Shown here: piece after piece, positions 1 through 13,233 of the stretch
How the letters are laid out: the number at the start of each line of letters is the position of its first letter
Position numbering within the stretch: the stretch's first letter is position 1
Assembly: GCA_008632985.1 (NCBI GenBank)
Contig: QPGO01000022.1
Coordinates: 1 to 64,000 of the forward strand
Direction: 5' to 3'
From: Psammoneis japonica
Taxonomy: Eukaryota
Length of the DNA stretch: 64,000 bases
Position numbers and translations under genes: made by a program
The notes under the pieces: generated by a model
What the model was told of the DNA's origin: nothing
The model's database searches: none
The model's input: the letters and a program-made list of their open reading frames with translations, nothing else

Positions 1-3000
1 CTGAAGCTCGCTCAGCGATCGATCCGACTGGACGGGAAGAAGGACAAAACGGCGCGATGAAGCGAGGGGGTTCGTCAGAAGTGGAGCGGATCCAGATCCC
101 ATTGCAGCACTGGCAAAGTTCAAGTCGTCGGCAGCATCCCCCTTCAGAGAAGGAGCAGCTGATGCGGTGTCTTCTCCAAAAATTGAAGAAAGGAAAAGGT
201 CGCACGCTTGCAGCACATGGCGATGCTTACTTTCGATCGACTGAAACAACGCCACCATGTCCATATCGACTGCGTTACCCATCAATGTGTCTGTAACGTC
301 GCATATTTTTTCGACCAGCATTTTCGATTTCTCGATACTATCGGAATCTGCACTGTTAGAAAGGGATTTCCCGGAACGGACTGGAAATCCGTGTTTGTTT
401 CGATGAAATAAACAAAGCTTCAGAAAAGAAAAATCCACCGCCAGCTGTATCAAAGCAGAGGGTCCACAATCTCTCATTCCATGTCCCTGTCCGTTTACTG
501 CGTCATTCGAAAACTCTGAAGAGTTTAACACAGCAGGTGACACTTGTTCGTCGAGGGATCTGGCAACTGCATGAAGCGCCTGCTGTAAAAGAGACCATCG
601 GATCGTGTCCATCATGTTTGGCACAGAGTCTTGGTTTTGACGAAGAATTCCCATGCTGGCAGCGTAGTCGGTGGATGGTACTGGAGGGAGAGAATCTGAC
701 GGCGATACATTGCGATTCAGCACGGAAGAGACAGCAAGGAAATATCCGACGGCGTAAGAAGACACCTCGCCAACAATTGGTTCCAAAGATGAGGCATTTC
801 CGTTCTCTACCGGTAGGTGACCAACATATTGTCCATCATTAGCGATGTCTCGCAAAGCCGGATGTTCTTCGCTGCCACTCGGGTGCCGAATCCTTCTCCA
901 CTCAGACTCTGACGATTTGCACGCCATACCCAGAACCTCTTTCAACTCGCCGACAAAGGCATCCGTCGGCGGTTGAAGGGCGACGCGTGCCCAGTATGTA
1001 AAACAAGATTCGACAATGTCATCAAGTGACCTCTGGATGTCCCTAGGGCGCTGGCAGATCCAGAAGCCTCGTGACGAAGGCCGCGGGCGATAAGAGGATC
1101 AACTCATTCAACGTAACGTTTCGGTTCCCGGCTGCTTGTTCTCTTGCTGAAGCTTTTGGACCTTCTTCCGAGCCGGAAGTCAAAAGCAAAGTTTCTCTAA
1201 CCATTTCAGCTCCACGGAACTGAGTCCCAGAAAACGCACTATCTACCGCCTCCATCGCTTCTTCAAGTGTTATCAAGCCATCATCGTTGTCATCCGCCAG
1301 ATCAAAAGCGCTTTGCAACTCCATCATTGTAATCATTCCACTACTAGTTCCAGTGGACGCGTGGAGAACTGCAGGAGAGGAATTAGGGTTGAGCAGGGTT
1401 GGCAAGGACGTCAACCGAAATTTGAGCAAGTGGCATAGCCTCCCAACGATTAGCTCCTTTGTTGCTTCCGTCGTAGTCCGATCAGAGGACGCCGACGATT
1501 CCAGCATACGCCTCAGCTCGCTCAAAAGGCGACCCATAATTTCACAAGTTTGGACGTAGAGACTTTGGCGAAGACGCCGTTCACTCTCTAGCCTTTCCTC
1601 TGCATGAACCAGTAACTCATGGGCATCGTCACTAACTTTCAAAAGCGCTGCGTCTAAATCCGTGGCAATTCGCAGGGTGTTGCGGTATGCTTCGTGAGGA
1701 AGGATCCCATTTAAAGGAGGGGCGTTGGCCAGGGATGTCCGGAGCGTGGACACCACACGAGCATGCACGGAGTGAAAAGATGTCGACAGAAGAGAGTGCA
1801 CCAAGGACGAAAATATGTTGGAGAAGAGGACACTCCAAAGTGAGAACTTTCTTTGTTGTGAACCAATACCAGTTATTGCTCCAGAGGCTGTCTTTGAATG
1901 ATCCGAAACAAAGCTGGGACCGTGATTGAGAACAATACGAAAGTCTACCATCCCTTTGACAGCTTCTTCCCAAGTACAAACAGAATTGCTGTCTAGTCTT
2001 TCCATGCATTCGACTCCATCTGTCTTGTCGTACAGCGACTGGCGGATCTTTCCCAACGCACTTGCTGTAGTTCCAGCAATTGTCACCAAGACAGATTTGA
2101 CCTTTGTTCGAATGAGAGGTAAGTTAGCAGCCAAGAAATGAGAAGACTTTGCCTTAACGAGATCGGGGTCAAACGGTGGAAGCGACTGCATGATGGATTC
2201 CGCCGACGACGTTTGATTGCTAGTGGGAAACTTCCTCAATACGAAAACTTGGTACGGGTGAACAATTACATCATACTGCAAGATCAGGACGATCTTGGAC
2301 AGGATCTCTTCGGCTGTCGACGCCGTTGTAATAGCTTCGTCATCGATAGCGGGGGCGTGGTACATCTTTTGTTGCTGCGTCGCCGCTGAGTTCTTGTCAG
2401 TAGTCAACTGATTCAACAGGGAATGCAAGAGCTTGGCCTTTGAATCAAAGTACAAGTCAATGAGCTTGACCGCCCGATCTTGCGTATTTATCTGGGACAG
2501 TGTTCTGGACACGTCTAGCAAATCAAGAGCAGAGATGGCAGCCGCCGAGCTTTGTGCTCCCAAGTCGGCGCTCTGCGAATGCTGGTCATAGGCGGCTGCG
2601 CGAAGTAGGAGTTCTTTGGAGAGGCGAATAGTTCTTTCAGGGATAGTTTGGACGTGGAGAAAGCTCAGTTTCATTTGGGCAACAAGAACAGGGTCGACTG
2701 ACGCATCATCAATGACGGCATTGGTTCCTGAAGTAGCGAGAGCGTTTGCAAGCGGGTACAAATCTGTGTTGCTGGCAATCAGAGTGAAGAGCTGAATAAG
2801 ACACGTCGCTGCACCATGTACGTCGTTTTTATCCAGCGCCCGATGAAGCATTCTCGGCATCAGTGATAAGTCCCGTCGCAACAACGTGACGGATCGTTCT
2901 TCTGCTGCGTCAATTGAGGAGGAGGATTCAGCTGGGTCCATCGGTGCATCGGTATCTTGAGGCTTTGCAGAATCCACAAGCTTTTCCATGAGAGAAGGCA

Positions 3001-3273
3001 GCGCACCAACAAGCTCGTGTAGCTCCTCAGATCGTTCCCTCATTTTTAGACTTCGTCAGAACTTCCAACAAGCTCACGATACCTCGAAGCAAGTACCAAT
3101 CGCAACTCAGTCTTTTTTGCTTCCGCCTCGCTCAGAGCTCGTTGGTGCAAATGTCGCATTTCGTCAATTGTCATTGACTTGGCGATGGACTGAGCATACG
3201 ATGTCTGTGCGGCCGGTGCTGACACCGCCTGAACCCGGCCGCTGGTTCCGTTTCTCATTGCATATGACGACAT
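1..3273 (-). CDS. COG1: COG1/Vps51-Vps67-family Golgi tethering subunit with internal EF-hand; 3' end runs off the window; apparent frameshifts near 3045 and 1080
   Basis: ORF 3046-3273 'EAEAKKTELRLVLASRYRELVGSSDEV' resembles the COG1/Vps51 N-terminal motif (K.ELR..V..RYR.L....D). It continues into the 666-aa helical ORF 1043-3043, which contains 'FDLADDNDDGLITLEEA'. Confidence 0.7.
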
Positions 3274-3662
3274 GGTTCAGCTCAATATCATCGGCAATGG
3301 GGTGTTGTTGGTACCTACTGTATGGTAAATCTAGAAATAGTTGCGCGAGGTATTTTGCATTTTGCCATCGTCCATCGTCGCGCAAAATTGATCCGATGCA
3401 ATGACCGCGATGTGACCGGAGCATGCTGAAATGAACGGGTACTTGTGCCACTCCGCAATCGGACAATCAGACACAGCATATTGCATGTTCACATTCACGC
3501 ACGTAGAAGTTATTCTTTTTTTAACGAAGCCACCAACTTCAACTTTGGAACTTTCGCTTTTTCTCTTTTCTGCTCTCTCATCTCCTGCTTTCCTACTTGC
3601 GTTGAAAAGGATTCGACCAAGAGTTTTGCTAAAATGGCGGAGCCTTAACACCGAGAGGCTGC

Positions 3663-5017
3663 TTGATAGTTATCGTCTTGCTTCTTTGCCAATCACTGGA
3701 ATTTTCTGACGCGGCGTTTGGCTCGAAGAAAAAAGAGCAAGAAACCGCAGCACTTAGAGCCGAGACAGAGCGGCTATCGAAACTCGTCGTTGTCTTTGGA
3801 CATGAAGTAGACAAGGGGATTTTCTATGTATGCTCAAGTCTACTCACAGTAGGGATCTCGTTGATTGTCATGAAAAGATTTGGGACAAGTAACAGTAGAC
3901 GACGATCGGAAACAGATCAACAGCTGACGACACCGTGGACGTGGTCCTTGTTGGTTGCGGTCTACCGAAAAAGGGTATGGGGTGGTATCACCTGACGCAG
4001 CTTCTCGAAATGCGAAACGTCAACGTACGTGGTGTTGTGGAGCCATACTTCATGAATAGAGATCTCTGCAAGGATCCTCCACCATCATGGACGGAACTTT
4101 ACGAATCTCTCGCTTCTTCTCGTGTCGAAGTCACTACTTCTGTAAACAAGTTGTCTAACTTTAACCCGAAGAAGGAGACGATGTGCTTAATTGCTGGAAG
4201 GACACCTGACAACCCCAATCTTTTTAAGCAATGTATTATGAAAGGCGCAACTGTCGTCTACCTGGAAAAGCCAGGAGCTCCTTCAGTGACTGAACTCACG
4301 GAAATGAAAGAGCTCGCAGACTTCCACAACGTTAAGGTTTACTTGGGGTACAACAAAAACGTAACACCATATGTCCAAAAAGCTATTTCTCTCTCAAAGA
4401 ACACACCTGGGACACAAGTTCTATTCTGTCACAACAACTCATATTCGCAGAAGGATCTTCCTGAGTGCTTCAACAGGAATTCCGAAGGGATGCTCAAGAA
4501 CATGGCCATCCATGAGCTGGCCTTGCTGGTAAGCTTTTTTGGGATCACCGTGGATACACTGAAAGAATTCAAAGTTAACAAAAGCAATCGATGCAGTGAG
4601 AAGCTATCCGTACTGAAGACGGGATCATCTCCAACCAATCCAGAATACATCACCGACTTCTCGCGAGTCAAATTCATAGTGACGTCAAAGGATGAAGTGG
4701 TAGTGACTGTCCTTGCCGATCGCTGCGGTGGGAATGTGAGCTATGCGTCAGTACTTGATGAAAAAGGAGAAGAAATAGAAAGGTTTGAGTTCCCCGACAC
4801 AAAGATGATGGAAAGAATCGACGGGCTTGTTAAAGAGGACCCAGAAATGATGCCTTACTTTTTTATTCAGTCTGATGACTATCTCGAACTGAAGAAGAGG
4901 GTTGTCCTCAGTGCGTTGGAGGGAGGCGATGCCGAGGGAGTCGCAACAATCACGGTTGGTATCGAAGCTCTTAAGCTGGCAGAGTTCGGAACAAACAAAT
5001 TGTCAAAGGCTTTGTGA
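3663..5017 (+). CDS. Gfo/Idh/MocA-family NAD(P)-dependent oxidoreductase, probably with hydrophobic N-terminal extension (frameshift near 3930)
   Basis: Rossmann start 'DVVLVGCG', 'VYLEKPG' motif and 'LKNMAIHELAL' in ORF 3935-5017. Overlapping upstream ORF 3663-3995 has signal-peptide-like and TM-like segments. Confidence 0.75.
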
Positions 5018-5168
5018 CTCTAATCTTGATGCTGTGTTTTAATATTTTTCGTTGTTATTGTCAAGTATCGCAAAAAATCGAATGGTGAAAGAGCATCGAA
5101 TGGCAAAAGAAGCCGTCACTTGCTGTTCCTAAGCCAACCTTAGTAGTTTGCTTCGTTGTCGACAAACG

Positions 5169-7699
5169 TCATGATTCCTGCTTTCGTTTTGCACCGTCTC
5201 GAATGAGAGCGTCAGCAAATACTTCTGCCTCATCAACTGCCAGGTCCCAGAAGCCATGCGCGCCAATTCTCGTCTTCGCTCGAGGCCTTCGATAGATGAT
5301 GCATGTACTGAAACTGCCATTCCTTCTTCATTCCTTTGGCTTGCGAATTTTGACCCCACCTCTTTCTGAATAACCACATGGAGGTCGGCCACAGCAGCAA
5401 CCGAAGGACTATGCGTGATGGAGACTACTTGACCCCTGGCGTTTCCTGTAATATCTCCTCCTCTTTGGCGTGACTGGTCTGCAAGCATCTCGGCAACTGA
5501 AACCGCTGCCCGACCACCGACATGAGCATCGATTTCGTCGTAAATTACTGTCACGGGAGGACAAAAATCTCCGCTAGAGGGCGCTGATTCGCCAAAACCT
5601 CTGTCGGGTGAGCCGCAAGATGCTCCAACTGAACCAGGAAGCTCCGTTTCGATCGCCAAGAGAATGCGCGCCTTTTCACCAGAGCTTGCTACTACCTCGA
5701 GTTTCCCACCGCGTCGGCGTTGGGACTGGTAGCTGTCTTTACAAGTACGATCATTGGTTGTTTGATTCATTTCGCTACCGTCGCCGTGATGCAGCATGAA
5801 GTCAACAGCGTCAACCCCTATAGTAGACCCACCTCCATAGACAGAAATGTCGCTACAATTCCGGACAGAAGAGTGAAAAAGAGCCTCAAACGTAGATCGA
5901 CCAAACCCCAACGCCGGCATTCGTTGTGTAACTGCGACTGAAAGCCTACCTGCAATTCTCTTCCTTTCATTGGTCAGTACTTGGCATGCCAACTCGAATT
6001 CAGTTAATGCAGCTTGTTCGTCTTTGACGGCCTTCGGCAAGAGCGACCGAGCCTCAACATTACCGTCTAGTTCGCTCCGCAAAGCCATATGGCACGACGG
6101 CAAAACGTACGGGGAAATGCCATGCTTCCGGGATAAGGTGTTCCAATCGGAAATAATTGTATCGATATCTTCTAACGGAATATCCACAGAACGCCTCATG
6201 TTTTCCAAAACGTTGATAAGTCCTTTGTTGTCGGACTCAATTGACCGCAGACATTTGTCCATTGCTTCCTCCACGTGATTGAGTAGGTCGTGACATCTTT
6301 CAGCTGAATCAGAAAGGGTCCATCCTCTGAATTACTCCCAGCAGCATCGAACAATAAATTCCTAGCACGCCCCATGGCAGTGATCGCTGACTCCGGAAGC
6401 GAAACCGCACCCAAAGCATCTCGCGCATCATTAGCGGCTGAAGCTGATGACATTCAAGGGATTTCATTGCTTCACGGAACTCTAATAAGTTTTCGTACAG
6501 TGATGACGAGAATAATACACCGGTGCTATCCTCTGATGACATGGAGTTGTCCGACCACGATGATGTTTTCAGCGCGTGGACGGAGTCAAGAGATGCATCA
6601 CCCTTCTCCGTAGGCGCTGACAACGAAGTGGAAAAGCGAAGCATTCGGTCTTCAAATGCATCTAGTTCGTCTACCCAGTGCTTCAACAGTACCAGATCCA
6701 CATCACCATTTTCTGTATCAGTGATCGAAGGAGGTAGCACTCTACTAGCGAGCTCCTGCTCTAGTTTTTCACGGTGCTTTCGGCATTTGCGATAACGGAG
6801 CATTGAATATCTCGCGTCTGCCATCACTTCACAGGGTACAGCTGTATCGAGAACTGCCAAGCGTGGATGGGGCTTGGCGAGTGCAGCCGCAGCTACAGGC
6901 GCGTCGACTATTGTTAGAAGTGGCGCTGCAACCGACCTTAGAACCTTGAGAGTGACAAGTTGACCATTATCTCACATGAAGACCTCAGCCTAGCCGCAAG
7001 CGAGTTGCTGCACGATAGCGTGCGCTTCAGTACCAGTGTGCCCATCGAGGACGCTTGGCTATTGTCAAGAAGAGATCGATCAAGCCCAAATCTATCAAAC
7101 TCCTCCTTTGTCCGAGATAAATGAGGCTCACTTAAACGGAACACCATTTCGACGGTTGCATTATTTGATGATCGCTCCGCGCCACCACCGGAAGAGGGGA
7201 TGTACGAGGAAGTCACTTTTCCACCAGTGCAGATCTCAGCAACCCTTGCGATGAGAAGACTCTTCCCAGATCCCGTTTCGCCAGTAACGGCTACCAAATT
7301 CGGACCTTCTCCCAGATTAATAGTGACTTCTTTCCCGTCGCTGTTTACAATTCCTGCAAGGTTACGCGACTTTATGCGAGCAACATGGCTTTCATACCAG
7401 ATAGGTGATCCTTTATTTTTTGAAAATTGGCCATTTGATTCTTGAATTTTCAATCGGCTCCTCTGATTACTCTCAGAAAAAAGCATTGGCCTGGACACGG
7501 TTGGTGAAAAAGGGACATTGAACGCAAAATGTGATTTTCTTCGTCTTTTCGGCGACAACCAACCAGGAGCAAGAGAAGCGGAAGCGTAAGAGGAAACATC
7601 AGACCCGTTGCATTCAGAGAGATGTAATAGGAAAGCAAAAATGATTCTGATTCCAATCATCATGGCCGCTGTTGTTCTGCGACGCGGCGGCTGCCACAT
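5169..7699 (-). CDS. recN: RecN-like SMC-family DNA repair ATPase with N-terminal targeting extension (several apparent frameshifts)
   Basis: Walker A 'VTGETGSGKS', signature 'ASSGEKARILLA', Walker B 'VIYDEIDAHVGG', 'QVVSITH' and 'RRRELARMASG', spread over ORFs 6938-7699, 6309-6860, 6196-6453 and 5129-6274. Confidence 0.85.
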
Positions 7700-8169
7700 T
7701 TATCTCAAACTCCAAAACAATAAAACTAATAAAACACTCTAAAAAAATCATGGTGATGAAGCGAAGAGTGAAGATCGAAGATCCATCGTGCGCTGTCTAC
7801 TTTCGTGTTTGTTTGTCCGTCAGCTTGTGCGATTCTTCAGCCATAATTGCCCTTACGGTTCGGTGTCCCAGAAGCGTGACGAGAAGACATTTCTTTTGGC
7901 CTTTAATTGAATCACCTCTTCAACATAGAAAATTGCATTTTGATTCGCTGATTCCCGTGCGTCATTCTTTTTTGAAGAAAACTAGCGTCACCATGATGTG
8001 AAAATCTGTTCTTCGTGTCAAAAAATTTGATCTTCCCTAAGTAATGACGTTTCAAACTGCTTATGTCATTCGTCTAATTATTGATAGAGAACACACGAGA
8101 AAGAAGGGCTTCTCTTTCTCGTCTTTGCTCAGGATAACACGACAACAACTAACTCATCATCATCTTACC

Positions 8170-9985
8170 ATGACAACAAGACCAGAAGAAACTTGCCAAT
8201 TTGGCTCATCAACAAGTGAAGCTCGAGACACTATTGGCAGTGACACCGGAGATAAAATGTTTGGGTCCAGTATTTCTACTGGAGAGATCGAGCGAGAAAA
8301 CATTCGCGAACCGGGATTGCTCGTCAGAAGTTTGCCATTGACACACCTGTTGCACCACGGACCTCTCGATCAGGAACAGGCTATGATTCGACAGAGGAGA
8401 AGCCACAATATGATATGCCGTCGACCGATGTCCCTGAAGTAGCGCAATTTCCATCAAACCCCGAGTTGCCAATTGATGCGAGTGATCGCAAGAAGGCCTA
8501 CAAGTCAGCATATATTACAGCGAGTGCTACATGAAGGGCGTCAAGCCATCAGATGCAGACGATGCCGCCAAGGATGTGAAGGGAACGTACAGAAAATGGT
8601 GGGTGGAATCTAATTTCCATGAAATCTCTCACTCTCCAAGAGACGCAAGTCATACGTCTGGTTTGCGTCTTGCAAACCAACTCCAGCATGTGACTGGAAA
8701 GTCTCATTCAGGAGGTTTGAAGAGATCTCGTGAGCAAAACGACACTGAACAGAGGTCTCTTGCTAGACCCCAAACATCGTCGACGGCGAGGCGGACTTCG
8801 AGATGTGATCGATGCAGTAACCATTCACGGACATGATTCAGAGACGCAGTCGCATTGTGGAGTCGTTACACTCTCGAGTTCTGAACAGCCCATTGAAGAC
8901 ATCACATCGTGCGAGGAAGATTTTGCCTCGAGGGAACGAATACAACTCAATCGAATGGTGAGTTCGGATTCGTCTGTGGACGAGTCTCCTTTTGGAAGCT
9001 GTGTACTATCAACCTCCATGATCGTACATCAAATGAAAGTAGTAAGGTCGCAATTGATTGAAGAGCTGAAAGTCACCGGAGGTGACACGGAAGGAGCATC
9101 GTTCCTTGAAAAGCTCGAAAAACTCACTTCTTTCTATAAATCGAGTGGATGCGATGCGAGGCTTCAGACATCACCCCTAGAGCTTGATGGAAATTGGTTC
9201 ACGCTATCGAAGCCAACATACTTTGATTGCAGAGGGCGAAATGGCAAGGGTAACTATTTGTACACGCTCGGTCGGATGGCTTTCGATATGTTTCGACCAA
9301 CCAACGTGATTTGCTCGATTCAAGGGATATTTAATACAGTCCACAGTGTCTCTGATAGTTCGTACGCGAGCATATCTGTGCCCCGAACTCTACAAAGGAA
9401 TGTTCGAGCGAATATCTCCATGAATGGGATGGTCGGACTGCGCACATACAAGTAAGCACCAATTGCGTCTTTGATTTGTATACAATGACAACATACCCAT
9501 CACCTTCTGTTGCTATTATTGTTTTGAATTGTAGTATTGTGGTTGCTTTCACCACTGAACCGAGTTCGATCGAGAACTCTGAATTCGAAGGACCATCTCG
9601 TCCGATTCGTGGTATTATGACTAACTACGGATACTTTCTACCTGATCCTGAGGTACCAAACCGATTGTCAGTTTGGTTCACGGGAGGCTCCTTGGAAGTG
9701 AATGACGAAGAGCATGATATGGATGAATGGAAGCGACTCTTTCATCACGATCGTGTTCCTAAGCGTGACATGAGAGAATACGCTCGTGTCTTGGCCACCA
9801 AGATTTTGTTGGGTGCCCATGTTCCTGAAACCATGGATGATGATGGCACGATGCACTACTGGCTCAAGAGACCAATCGGTGGACACGGAAGAGCCTTTTG
9901 TGATGTTATTTATCTCGACGAATCTCTTCGGATTATGCGAGGCCATCAAGGGAGTATTTTCGTCTTTTCTAGAGTATCATCTTAA
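8170..9985 (+). CDS. Uncharacterised protein with C-terminal PAP/fibrillin-like beta-barrel; intron 9452-9534; start uncertain
   Basis: ORFs 8730-9455 and 9476-9985 join in frame across a GT..AG intron (TYN/IVV). C-terminus 'DVIYLDESLRIMRGHQGSIFVFSR' resembles the PAP_fibrillin terminal motif. Confidence 0.55.
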
Positions 9986-10096
9986 AGTAACGTGCATTCA
10001 GAACAAGCTATATTCTAGCTAGCAATCTAAAGCTTTACTTTGAAGTTTCTCCTGGACTATGAAGTGGCGTCATCCAAGCTCGCCAACTCATACTGC

Positions 10097-10748
10097 TTAT
10101 TCGTAAACCCAAGGATTCTGGCAGCTTTCCCACGTCGTGACCCCTTCTGGGAACCAATGAGCGATCTCCTTGTTGGCGCTCTCCACCGAGTCAGATCCGT
10201 GGCAAATGTTTCGTCCGACTTCGAGGCAAAAGTCTCCCCGAATAGTTCCCATGGCTGATTCGCTCGGCATAGTCGCTCCCAACATCTTGCGTCCCTCCAC
10301 GACAGCGGATTCCCCTTCCCACACCATGGCGACCACAGGTCCACTGGTCATGTACGTGATGAGTCCGTCGAAGAATCCTTTGCCCTTGAGATCTTCATAA
10401 TGAGTTTCCATATGCTCCTTTCCAGGCTGAGTGAGCTTCATGGCCACAAGCTTGAAGCCCTTTTGCTCGAACCGCTTCACAATTTCTCCAACGAGGCCAC
10501 GCTGCACGCCGTCGGGCTTGATCATAATGTCTGCGAACCGAACAAAGAAAACAAAGGTTAGAGAAGCCGGGCACCAGGGGGAATACTTTGCACAGCCATT
10601 TCTTGCACCGCCGTTCGAATGGTATTTTTGCGGGGTTCCTTCAACAATGCATATTCCGGAAACGCTTTCCACCAAAAGTAGACAGGAGTGCTTTTTGCAA
10701 GTTGTTCGGAATCCAAAGGCAACTAAAATACCTACAAGTACGTTCCAT
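10097..10748 (-). CDS. NDK: Nucleoside diphosphate kinase; intron 10531-10735
   Basis: Spliced product '[21 protein letters not shown]...GTIRGDF...[10 protein letters not shown]' contains the catalytic NxxHGSD motif. Confidence 0.97.
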
Positions 10749-11042
10749 CGTGAAAGTTAGTTCTATGCTGCCGCGTCGATCGTCGACAATAAATAAATGA
10801 TGCGTCGGCATTTCAAATGGATGGACAAACGATTTCTTGACGCTCATGACCTGAATTCGAACTCCGTGACGACTCTCACTCATCGCTCCGAGAGCTCGAG
10901 CATCGAGAGCCAAAATGCTTCCAACTTTCTACGTAAAAACTGGTACAGAATTGTGTAGAAACGGCGAAGGTGCTGGAAAAAAGCGCGGTATCTCGTCATT
11001 TCTCATTTCGTGGCCTGGCGACCTCCAAACGAATCAGCCACC

Positions 11043-13233
11043 ATGTCGACTCCAGATGAAGCGCTTGCTCGTGCACAGGCTGTGGCAGCACGCCTCTCAG
11101 ACACTGGTGCAACTGCGCCTGCAGCTGCTGAACGAAAGCGTAAGCGCTGGGGAGTTTCAGATGACGGAGGTTCGGCGGCGACGCCCGCTGCACTCCCGGG
11201 CTTGGATGTTGTTGAGAAGAAACTCAAGGCCGCGTCAGAACCCGTGCAGCGACGTGTATGGGTCAAGACGGGCGACAAACCACCAGCCCATTTCGTGGAT
11301 TATCTCGAGGGATCTGAAAGTGACAGACTGGGAGGGATTGTCGCTCAGTACGGCGGCGACGCAGTGAAGATTGAACTCAAGGGCAGAGGCAGCTCCAAGA
11401 CGCAGGCCCTGCCCGGCATGCCAGAGGAGCCTTTGCACGTCCTGATTGATGGACCCCCGGATAAGGTTCAGGAAATAGGGCCAAGGTCGATGACTTGTTG
11501 CGCGAGGCTGAGCAAGCACCAGTGACGACCTCTGTACAGTCTCAGCCGAACGGTACCGACGCACAGAGCCAGCTTTCTGCAGAAAGCATCGCTGCTCGGG
11601 CTGCCGACGCTCTTGCGGCTGCTATGGGAACCAACGGGGCTACGCCAGCCGCTGCGTCTGCTGAATACAAGCCTGCTTCTGTCGCACAGCTAATTGGACA
11701 GAACGCCGCTGCGGGTGCAGCAGGCGTATACGGACCGGGTGGAGGAACTGGAGAGACATTTGAGGAGCAAATTGGTGTTCCGAACGGAGTAGTTGGTTAC
11801 ATTATCGGAAGAGGAGGGGAGTCGATCACATCCATGCAACAGAAATCTGGATGTCGGGTACAGATCCAGAAGGAGCATGAAATGACACCCGGACAGACCC
11901 AGCGTGTTATTACTCTGACGGCGTCTTCCAAGGAAAGCATTGACATTTGTCGAGGGATAATTGAAGGCATGGTGCAAGAGCGAGTCCGTTCTGCGGGTAG
12001 CACTGCGGGGATGGGGATGCCTTCAGCTACAATGGGAAGCGGTGCATCGAGCCAAGCGGCCAAGTTACAGGAAGCCATTTCAATGGGGCATGTCCACCTT
12101 ACGGTACAAGTGCCTGATGGTGACGTCGGCCTCATTATTGGCAAAGCTGGATCCAACATTAGGTCTATCCAAGACCGATCGGGTGCAAATATTCAAATTC
12201 CCCAGGTCGCCGATGCTGACAATCCTAGCGTCAGAACTGTCAATGTGACCCATCCGCATGCCGAAGGGGCCAACCTTGCCAAGCAACTCATTGAAGATCT
12301 TCTCAAGAGCAAGCCTAGCAACCAGTACGGAGGCGCAGGCTCGAATGTTACCCTGCAAGTTTTGGTAAGTATAACTTGCGAAACGAATCCAGACCCTTGT
12401 CGGTTTCCACGATACCTTGTTCCTAACATTTCTCCGTGATTGTGTCTCTTCAGATCCCTGACCAAGACGTAGGAATGTGTATCGGTAGGTCGGGGTGCGT
12501 AATTCGCGAGATGCAAAACAAGAGCGGCACTCGGATTCAGATTCCATCGCAGCCGACACCCGGACAAACTCACCGTGTCGCAACAGTCACAGGGTCGCAA
12601 GAGGGCTGTCAGCAAGTCCAACAAATGATTGAACGAATCATTCAAGATCAGTCATCCAGAGTGTCATGGCAGGAACGGCACCGAGCAACTATGGCAACGC
12701 TTATGGGCAGTATGGACAACATCAGCAATACGGTGGAGCTTATGGACAACAAGCTGCGGGGGGTCAGAAAGATTATTCCGCAGAGTGGGCTGCATACTAC
12801 GCTGCCCAAGCCGCACAGCAAGGAGGTGCCACAGCTGCTCCGGCGGCGTCCGGAAGTGGTAACGCCGCAGCCACTCCAACGGCAAGTGGCACCAATGGGG
12901 ATACCCAGCCAGCCCCTGATGCGTACTACGAGCAATTCTTTCAATACGCATATCATTACGGTGAAGATGCGGCACGAAAGTATTATGGGGCGTGGTCGCC
13001 GCCGGTTGGTACACCCAATCCTTACGGCACCAATCCAGCCCTAGCTTCCGGCGGGGGCTCCGGCGCCTTCGCCAGCACCTGTGGCTGCAACGACAGATTC
13101 GTCACAGCCTGCTGCCGCACAAGGTGGTGGTACAGATACGGCGGCTATCGCAGCATCCATGGGTGCCCGGGATACTGGAGTCCGAAAGCAGAGCAATCTT
13201 CCAGCCTGGATGACCAAAAGTGCTACAGGTTGA
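11043..13233 (+). CDS. FUBP/KHSRP-like multi-KH-domain RNA-binding protein; intron 12365-12453; apparent frameshifts
   Basis: KH loops 'GYIIGRGGE', 'GLIIGKAGS' and 'GMCIGRSG'; C-terminal 'DYSAEWAAYY' (FUBP-type Tyr-rich motif); ends 'SNLPAWMTK'. Confidence 0.88.
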
